This document shows, in pieces, positions 38,326 to 46,000 of a stretch of 64,000 bases of DNA. The notes under the pieces are model-generated. The model was not told the origin of the DNA. It did not search any database and worked only from the letters and a program-made list of their open reading frames with translations. Position numbers and translations under genes: made by a program. The DNA is from Kiritimatiellia bacterium (GTDB taxonomy: Bacteria; Verrucomicrobiota; Kiritimatiellia; RFP12; UBA1067), in contig JAILJX010000124.1 of assembly GCA_024694365.1 (NCBI GenBank), positions 49 to 64,048 on the forward strand. Reading direction: 5' to 3'. Numbering within the stretch: position 1 is the first letter of the stretch; each line of letters opens with the position of its first letter.

Positions 38326-39762
38326 ATGAAAAAGATTTCCGTTTTCTGCATAGCGTCAGCATTGTCCGTCTCCGCCTTCGCCGCCGGACCGGGCGGTTTT
38401 GGAGGGGGCTCCTCCGGGGGCTTTGGCGGAGATTCCAGCATGGGCGGCATGGGCGATATGGGCGGCATGGGCGGTTCTTCCGGCTCGTTCGTCTACGACA
38501 CTTTCATAACCGAAGCCGAAACGAGCGGGAATGCGATAATCCGCGACGGCGTATGGTGCGGCGTGACCGATGGCGCGACATCCGTTACGCTTCCGGCATC
38601 TGTCGTTTCCGCCGTCGAAGGAGTCGCCGCATCGTCGGTCGATCTCGTCACGGCCGATCTTTCCGCGGCTACATCCCTGTCGACGCTTCCCGCGTATGCG
38701 TTTCTGGGCTGCACGTCTCTCGAGTCGGTGACTCTCGCATCGTCTGCAACGGCGGATTCAACGGCGTTCGACCTTTGTGCATTGCTCGGGACGGATGGTG
38801 CATCCTCCTCGGGCGGCGGTTCTTCTTCTTCCTCAGGCGGCTCTTCGTCTTCCTCCTCCGGCGATTCGGCGTCCGGCGATGCTTCTTCGGGCGATGGCGA
38901 AGACTCTTCTTCGGACGGTTCGTCGGCTGTCGATACGTCTTCGGACGATGCTTCTTCGGATGATACATCTTCGGACGATCCCGACTATGGCGCATGGACC
39001 GAAACGGCGAAGACAAAGCTCTATGGAGCCGTGTATGACGCCGATGGCGATGTGGTCGGCGTAACGCAGGTGAACATGAGCAAGGTCAACGTCAAGAAAT
39101 CCACTCTGCGCATAACAGGCAATGTCGTTCTGCGCACAGGAAAGAAACATCTGTTCAAGTCCGTGACCGTGACTGTTCCCGATGACTCATGCATCGAAAC
39201 GGATGTCACCGTGCGCAATCTGGGGACTCTTCGCCTGAAGGTCGGGGACGGCGGTTTCGGCGGCACGATAGATTCCCTCTACACCATCGAGGAGAAGTCT
39301 GTCGGCGGCGCATGGACATCCAACGGTGAGGTAGATGTCGATTTCAGCGACACGACCGGCCTTCCCGAGTCGGATTGGGATCTTTCCGCGCTGCTGCCCG
39401 ATGGTGAGGCGGTTTACCCGACCGGCGCCGGGAAGTGGTCGTTCGACAGCGCCGCGAGCGTGAAATGGACCAAGATCAAGGGCACGGAGGAGACGGTTCT
39501 TGTCGTCGACGAGGAGTCCGGCAAGGGGCTCGTCATAGATACGAAGGGCGGACTAAAGCCAAACATCCCCGCGATGCGGCTTTACTACACGCCCAAAACC
39601 GGAATTTTCCGCGGAACTTTCAAGGTTTTCGCCGTCCTCAACGGACGCCTCAAGCGTTACACCGTACGTGTCAACGGCGTTGTCGTCGAGGGCGAGGGAA
39701 CCGGCGTCGCGGTTTTGTCCAAAACCGGCGGATCCTGGCCTGTGACAGTGACAGTGCAATAG
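38326..39762 (+). CDS. Secreted low-complexity protein: Gly/Met-rich N-region, one BspA-type LRR-like segment, Ser/Asp-rich linker, beta-rich C-domain
   Basis: 478 aa from MKKISVFCIASALSVSAFA (SD AAAGGAG). Contains GGFGGGSSGGFGGDSSMGGMGDMGGMGG and SSSGGGSSSSSGGSSSSSSGDSASGD...SSDDTSSDD. C-terminal ~260 aa are ordered. Confidence 0.5.
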   Translation: MKKISVFCIASALSVSAFAAGPGGFGGGSSGGFGGDSSMGGMGDMGGMGGSSGSFVYDTFITEAETSGNAIIRDGVWCGVTDGATSVTLPASVVSAVEGVAASSVDLVTADLSAATSLSTLPAYAFLGCTSLESVTLASSATADSTAFDLCALLGTDGASSSGGGSSSSSGGSSSSSSGDSASGDASSGDGEDSSSDGSSAVDTSSDDASSDDTSSDDPDYGAWTETAKTKLYGAVYDADGDVVGVTQVNMSKVNVKKSTLRITGNVVLRTGKKHLFKSVTVTVPDDSCIETDVTVRNLGTLRLKVGDGGFGGTIDSLYTIEEKSVGGAWTSNGEVDVDFSDTTGLPESDWDLSALLPDGEAVYPTGAGKWSFDSAASVKWTKIKGTEETVLVVDEESGKGLVIDTKGGLKPNIPAMRLYYTPKTGIFRGTFKVFAVLNGRLKRYTVRVNGVVVEGEGTGVAVLSKTGGSWPVTVTVQ

Positions 39763-39805
39763 CGCCGAAGCTTCCGCATGCGATTTCCGGCTCATGCACG
39801 CCGGG

Positions 39806-39850
39806 AAGGCGGCGCCGTCTCAACCCCGGGCGGCGTCGCCTTTGCCGCTT
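39806..39850 (+). terminator. Possible weak terminator hairpin
   Basis: AAGGCGGCGCC (39806-39816) pairs with GGCGTCGCCTT (39832-39842), including one G-U pair. Poor U-tract (TTTGCCGCTT). Confidence 0.3.
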
Positions 39851-39899
39851 CGGTGTGGCCGCAAAGCAAGATTCGTGCTGGAGCAAAGGCGGCAGATTA

Positions 39900-39908
39900 T
39901 GATATAAT
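39900..39908 (+). promoter_or_regulatory. Extended -10 box TGATATAAT upstream of the giant gene
   Basis: TGATATAAT at 39900-39908, about 90 nt upstream of ATG 40007. Confidence 0.45.
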
Positions 39909-40006
39909 AGGGGACGGAGTCGGCGCAAGCTTTCGGCGCGGCAGGATCAACCGGTCCAAGCCGTGTCGAGCGAGAAGGAATTTTAAATAGTCAGAAGCAC
40001 AAACAG

Positions 40007-43000
40007 ATGAGAATGAATCTGCCCAAATGCGTTTTGGGGGTTGCTGCGTGCTCGGTTGCACTGTCGGCAAGGTTGCTTTACGCCAATTGCGCCGTAAAGG
40101 AACTTCCCGGCTACGCAGGGGCGACCCTTGCCGATAACACAATATACAAGGTGTCGGCCGACATGTCGATCGCATCGATGACGGCCGGGCAAAGCGCCGT
40201 CAACATCGCAGAGAACGCCGCAGTCGTGCTGGAAATCGCCGAAGGCGCGACTTTGACGGTCAAGGGCTGCGACGGAAGTTCATATCATGGCGGCGGCGCC
40301 GGAATCAGCGTTCCTTCGTCCTCCAGGCTTTTTGTCACAGGTAAAGGGTCGCTCATTGCCGAGGGCGGCGCGGCCGGCGCCGGCTCTAACGGCTCTGCGG
40401 GCGGGAACGCCTCGCTCGACAAGGATCACAAAGACGAAGGATGGAGCGTTTCCGGCGTGGGCGGCGCTGGCGGCGCGGGCGGAGGCGGTGCGGGAGCCGG
40501 GATAGGGACTGCGGGCGGCGCTGGCGGCGCAGGCGGCGCGGGCGGCGATAGCGTTTCGAGGCAGACTTACTGGTCTGCGCACAGGGCCTCGGGGAACGCT
40601 GGAGCGGGCGGAGGCGCCGGCTCCGATTCCGCTGCGATGGGCTCGGTCTATGTGCTCGGGAGCGTGACGGTCGCGGCGACTTCTGGCGGATCTGGCAGCT
40701 CTGGCGGGACGGGCGGCAAGAGCGGCTCCAGCGCAAACGATGCAGGCTCGGGATGGGCCAACAACTATACCGTCGGCGGCGGAGGCGGAGGCGGTGGAGG
40801 CGGCTCCGGCGACCTCCCTTCGTACGGAATCGGCTCGGGCGGACCTGGTGGCGGCGGAGGCGGTGGAGGCGGCTCCGGCGCCATCGCCGTACATGACGGC
40901 AATGACAACAGCTGGGCCGTAGGCTGGGGTCAGGGCGGCGCGGGCGGCTTAGGAGCCGTATCGGGCGGCGCGGGCGGTTCGGGCGGCGATCGCGAGGTAG
41001 TGTGCTACAACGCAGGCCAAACGGTGTATGGAGGCTTCGGCGGCTCGGGCTCGTGGGACGGTTCGCGCGGGGACGACGGTTCGCTCTACGCCGATTCGAC
41101 GGCGAGCGTGACCTCGAGCAATTCGAGGGAGCCGGCTTCTTTCTCGGGCATTTCGTCGGCGTTTCACACTGTTTCCGTGATGTTCGATTCATGCCAGGAT
41201 GGCATGCCTGACGAAACGGTCGTCATGGGCTTCGCCGAAAAGATGCCCGTCGCGCCTGTGCGCAGGAAGTTCGGCCTCGCGTTTCTCGGCTGGTGGACCA
41301 CGCCTTCGGGCGAAGGGGAGTGCATCTGCACGGCCGACGGGACTTGGAAATACGCAGCTTCGCCCTGGACGGAGGGCTTGACGCTCTACGCGAGGTGGGC
41401 GCAGCTCGGTTTGACCGTCAACGGCGAGCCCGTCGCAAACCTCGCGGGCAGCGGGTGGCGCTTCGATTCCGTGGCGAACGTCGTCCGTCTGACCGGCTCC
41501 GACAACGTCATTTCGGGAACGGGCGAGGGGATCGGGATTGCTGTCGCGGCCGACTGCAGAGTCGTCGCGAGCAACCTCATTGTTACGGCTTCCGTGGACG
41601 TAGCGCCTTTCGATTGCGGGGCGTGCGAAGTGGAGCTCTTGCTCGCGGGGACGAACGTTTTCGCGAACACTTCAACCGACGCGGCTTCGAGCGCGCCGGG
41701 AATCCGCGTTGAGGCGGGCGCTAGGCTCGTCATCGGCGCCGCGGGGGCGGGGGCTGCGAAGGTGTCGGGCGGAGCGGGGTCGGCCGGAATCGGCGGCGCC
41801 CCGGGGAAGGATTGCGGCGAGATCGAGATAACCGGCGGAACGCTTGATGTTGCCGGCGAGTATGGAGCCATCGGCCAAACCGATATCGGTGCGGGTGAAG
41901 GCGCCTCGGGAGGCAAGGTTATCATAACCGGCGGAAGCTGCAATATGGGCAGCATGATGGCGAATCCCGCCCTCTCCAACGCAACCGAGGTTGTCGGGTG
42001 CGTCATAATGGAGAATCTCGCGCCGGGCGCGAGCATCAGGCTCGTCGGACTCGGCGACTACGGCGACGAGGGGATTTTGGCCGATCCCTCCGGGAACGTG
42101 TACATCTGGCTTCCGTACGGCTACCGCCGCTTCGGCTATGAAGATGCGGAAGGCCTCCACCCCCTCGAGGCGACGGCAGGCGCCGCTCCCTCCGTCGCCG
42201 CGGCGGGGACCATGGTCGGCGTCGAGGTCGACGGACTCGATATCGCGTTCGGCAAGGGCGAGGGGTGGAGACGCTCCGAGAGCACAATTTTCATCGACGG
42301 GACGAAAGAGTGCGCGGTGTCGGGCCTTGCGACGAACATATCTCTCCAGGCGGTGGCCGACTGCACTGTCGTCGCCTCCAACCTGACGCTCGTGGCCGAG
42401 AGCCAAATCGTGCCGTTCGAGTGCTTCGGCAAGTCGGTGGTCCTCAAGCTCGCGGGGACGAATGCGTTCGAAAGTCTGGCTGCCGAGGGGGACAACTACA
42501 TGAGCCGCCCGGGCCTGCATGTCGCGAACGGGGCGAAGCTCACGATAACGAACGCGGCCGATTCCGCGCGGCTCTACGCGGCGGGCGCGCACAATTCGCC
42601 GGGGATAGGCGCGTCATTCGGCAACGATGCCGGCCGGATCGAAATATGCGGCGGAGACATCGAGGCCAAGGCCGGCACGAACTCCCCCGGGATAGGATTC
42701 GGGAACCCTATGCCCGGGGATGAGGTCGACATATCCATAACGGGCGGCAGGGTGCATGCGCATGGTGCGGCCGGATATCCCGGCATAGGGGGGAATGACG
42801 GCGGTGCGATCGCCGTTTCCGGTGGAGTCGTAACGTCGATCGGCGGATCGAGCGCTTCCGGGCTCGGCGCAAGCTATAACGGCCATATCGACTCGATTTC
42901 GATAAGCGGCGGAACGGTGTTCGCCAAGGGGAGCAGCAGCACCTGCGACATATTGCTCGGGCCCGGCGCCACGGGCGCCACGAGGGTGACTGGCGGAAGC

Positions 43001-46000
43001 GTGCTCCCCATGAACGGAAGAATGGACCCTGCGTTCTCCAACGCGACGGAGAGGGTGTGGCACGTGACGGTCGAAGGCTTCGCCGCCGATACCGCCGTCA
43101 AGGCGTATGCTTCCTGCGGCTACGGCACGAAGGACATGACGACCGACGGTGACGGCAAGCTCCACTTCTGGCTCCCCGACGGAAGGCATGCCCTCGGCGT
43201 GGTCGACGCGGAAGGCGAGCATCCTTTCACCGTCACGGTCGACGGGGCCGACGCGACGGCCCAAAGCTCGAAGCTCAGGGGAATCGCGATCGACGGCGTC
43301 AACATCGCCCTCGGCGGCGGCGAGGGGTGGAGTTACGTCTACGACACCACTTACGGCGAGTCTTACGGCCAATGGGTGGCCATGCTCGACGGGACGAAGG
43401 ATTGCGTCATATCGGGAAGCGACAAGGACGTCTGCATCAAGGCCGGAGCCGACGCTTCGGCGACAGTGTCCAACCTCCGGATCGAGACGGACTCGTCGGC
43501 GACCTTCCCGCCCGTATGCTGCAACGGCCATAAGCTCAAGCTGACGCTCGCGGGCGACGCTCTCCTCTCCGGAAAGGGGAAGAGCGGAACGCCGGGAATC
43601 CGCGTAAAGGGCGACGGCTCTTCGCTGGTCATCGACGGCGCGGGCGGCGTCCTCACGGCGGAGGGTGGCTCTTTCGCGCCGGGCATCGGAGGCGACTCGG
43701 TGAATCCGGCGTCCGGGACGATCGAGATAATCGGCGGAACGGTCGTCGCGGGCGGACCCTACATCGCGATCGGCAACGGCTCGTCCGCGACGGGGGTGGG
43801 GACGACCATAATACGCGGCGGAAGCGTGTTTCGCAAGAGCGGCGAAATGAATCCTGCGGTGAAGGCGGCGGGTGGGCTCGTAAACGCCTGCTGCGTCACC
43901 GTCACCAACCTGACGCCTAACGCCGCGATCGAAGTGACGGGCCTCGGGACTTACGGGAAGAAGGGGATAAAGTCGGACGCAAACGGCAGCATATACCTGT
44001 GGCTTCCGGACGGAAGCTTCAATTTCGGCGTGATCGACGGCGGAGTCCAGCTTCCCTTGCAGGCGACGGTGGATGGCGCCGATACTTACGCGACATCTTC
44101 GCATCTCTACGGGCTTTACGTCGACGGCGTCGACATCGGGATGGGCGGAGGCGACGGCTGGCGGTTTGCCGCCGTGGGGAGCAGCACGAACGTCTTTTTC
44201 GACGGTACGGCCAAGTGCACCGTTTCTGGCTCGGGTAGAGGCATCGCTCTCACGGCCGAGGCCGACGCGACGATCACGATCGACTCTCTTGCGCTCACGA
44301 ATAACTTAGCCCCCGCAATCGACTGCGCGGGCCATTCGCTCTCGCTCGTCCTCGCGGGCACCAACACTATAACGGGCAAGGGCGACTACCCCGCCGTAAG
44401 GTGCGTCGAAGGCTCGTCGCTCGGCATATCCCGGGCGGATGGGGCAGAGGGCGTACTCTACGCCGAGAGCGACGGATGGGGCGCGGCCGGGATAGGCGGC
44501 GGATATGCGCGCGATCCGTTCGAAGCGAGCGGTGCGATAACCGTCTTCTCCGGCACGATCGTCGCGACCGGCAGTTTCGGCGGAGCCGGAATAGGCGGCG
44601 GCTACAATGGGGCGGGCTATGTGACTGTCGCAGGCGGCGTCGTGACTGCGACGGGCGGCGCATGGTCCGCGGGAATCGGCGGCGGAGCCTACACCAACGG
44701 AAATGTGAGCATATCCGGGGGGACGGTGGTCGCGAAGGGCGATTACATCGGCACGTCCAGCGGCAGCTCGGACATTGGCGGCACACTGTCGTGCGTAGGA
44801 TGCAACACCGTTACGGGCGGAAGCGTGAAGCTTGCGACGGGTTTCGCGTCGCCCGCACTCTCCAACGCGACCGAGCGGGTGTGGTGCGTGACGGTCGAAG
44901 GGCTCGCGGCGAACGCCGCAACGACCGTCATCGGCCTCGCCTCGTACGGCGCCGCCGATCTGCGGACCGACGATGAGGGCAAGCTCTACCTCTGGCTCCC
45001 CGACGGGAAGTACCGCTTCGCGACCGGCGACGGCGAGAGCGAAATCCCCTGGTACGCGAACGTCGACGGCGCCGATACGCTCGCCGTTGACGGGCGGCGC
45101 GGAATCACGATAAACGGCCGCAATGTGGGGCTGGCCTACGGCGAGGGGTGGTCGGCCGACGCGGACATCGAAAATATCACCCTCACCGGCGAGGTGGATT
45201 ATATCATATCCGGAACCGACACCAACATGTCCTTCGCCGTTGCGGCCGACTCGACCGTCGCCCTCTCCAACCTTACAGTCAACTGCAGGGGGAGGACCGT
45301 GTTCGATTGCGGTTCGTCCAAGGTCGCCATGACCCTTTTCGGCACCAACGGCCTTTACAACATCTACGATAACGATCGCATCTGCGCGCCCGGAATCAGG
45401 GTGCCGTCGGGGGCGGTGCTGACCATCGGCGAGTGTGACGGCGTCCTCAATACGCAGGGCGCGAGGGGTTCGGCGGGAATCGGAAGCGGCCACAATGAAT
45501 CTTGCGGCACGGTGAGGATAACGGGCGGCACGGTAAAATCCACCGGCGGATACTATGGCGCCGGAATCGGCTGCGGCGATTCCGCCGTCAACTCCGCCGT
45601 GATAGCGATATCGGGCGGAAAGGTTGAAGCGATCGGCGGAGATTATGCGGCCGGGATAGGCGCGGGGGAAGCCTGCACCGGGAACGGACTTGCCATAGCG
45701 ATAACGGGAGGCGACGTGTATGCCAGGGGCTGCGATCATGCCGCAGGGATAGGCGGCGGCTCGCATGTGACCATCACGAGCCCCAACGTCCACTGCGGAA
45801 CGGTCACGATATCGGGCGGCAATGTCAAGGCGGACGGAGGGCAAGACGCCGCGGGAATCGGCGGCGGCTCCATCGGGTCCGCCACGGTTGTCATTTCGGG
45901 CGGGACAATCGAGGCGGAGAGTTTTGAGTACGGCGGCGGAGCAGGCATAGGCGGCGGCAAGAGCGGCGATGGCGCCGTTGTCCAGATTTCGGGCGGAAGG

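Noticed and set aside
38810-38975. Ser/Asp-rich and Gly-rich repetitive DNA (also 40361-41085), considered as CRISPR array or non-coding microsatellite
   Set aside because: There is no repeat-spacer periodicity. The repeats are in-frame inside long ORFs and encode low-complexity linkers.
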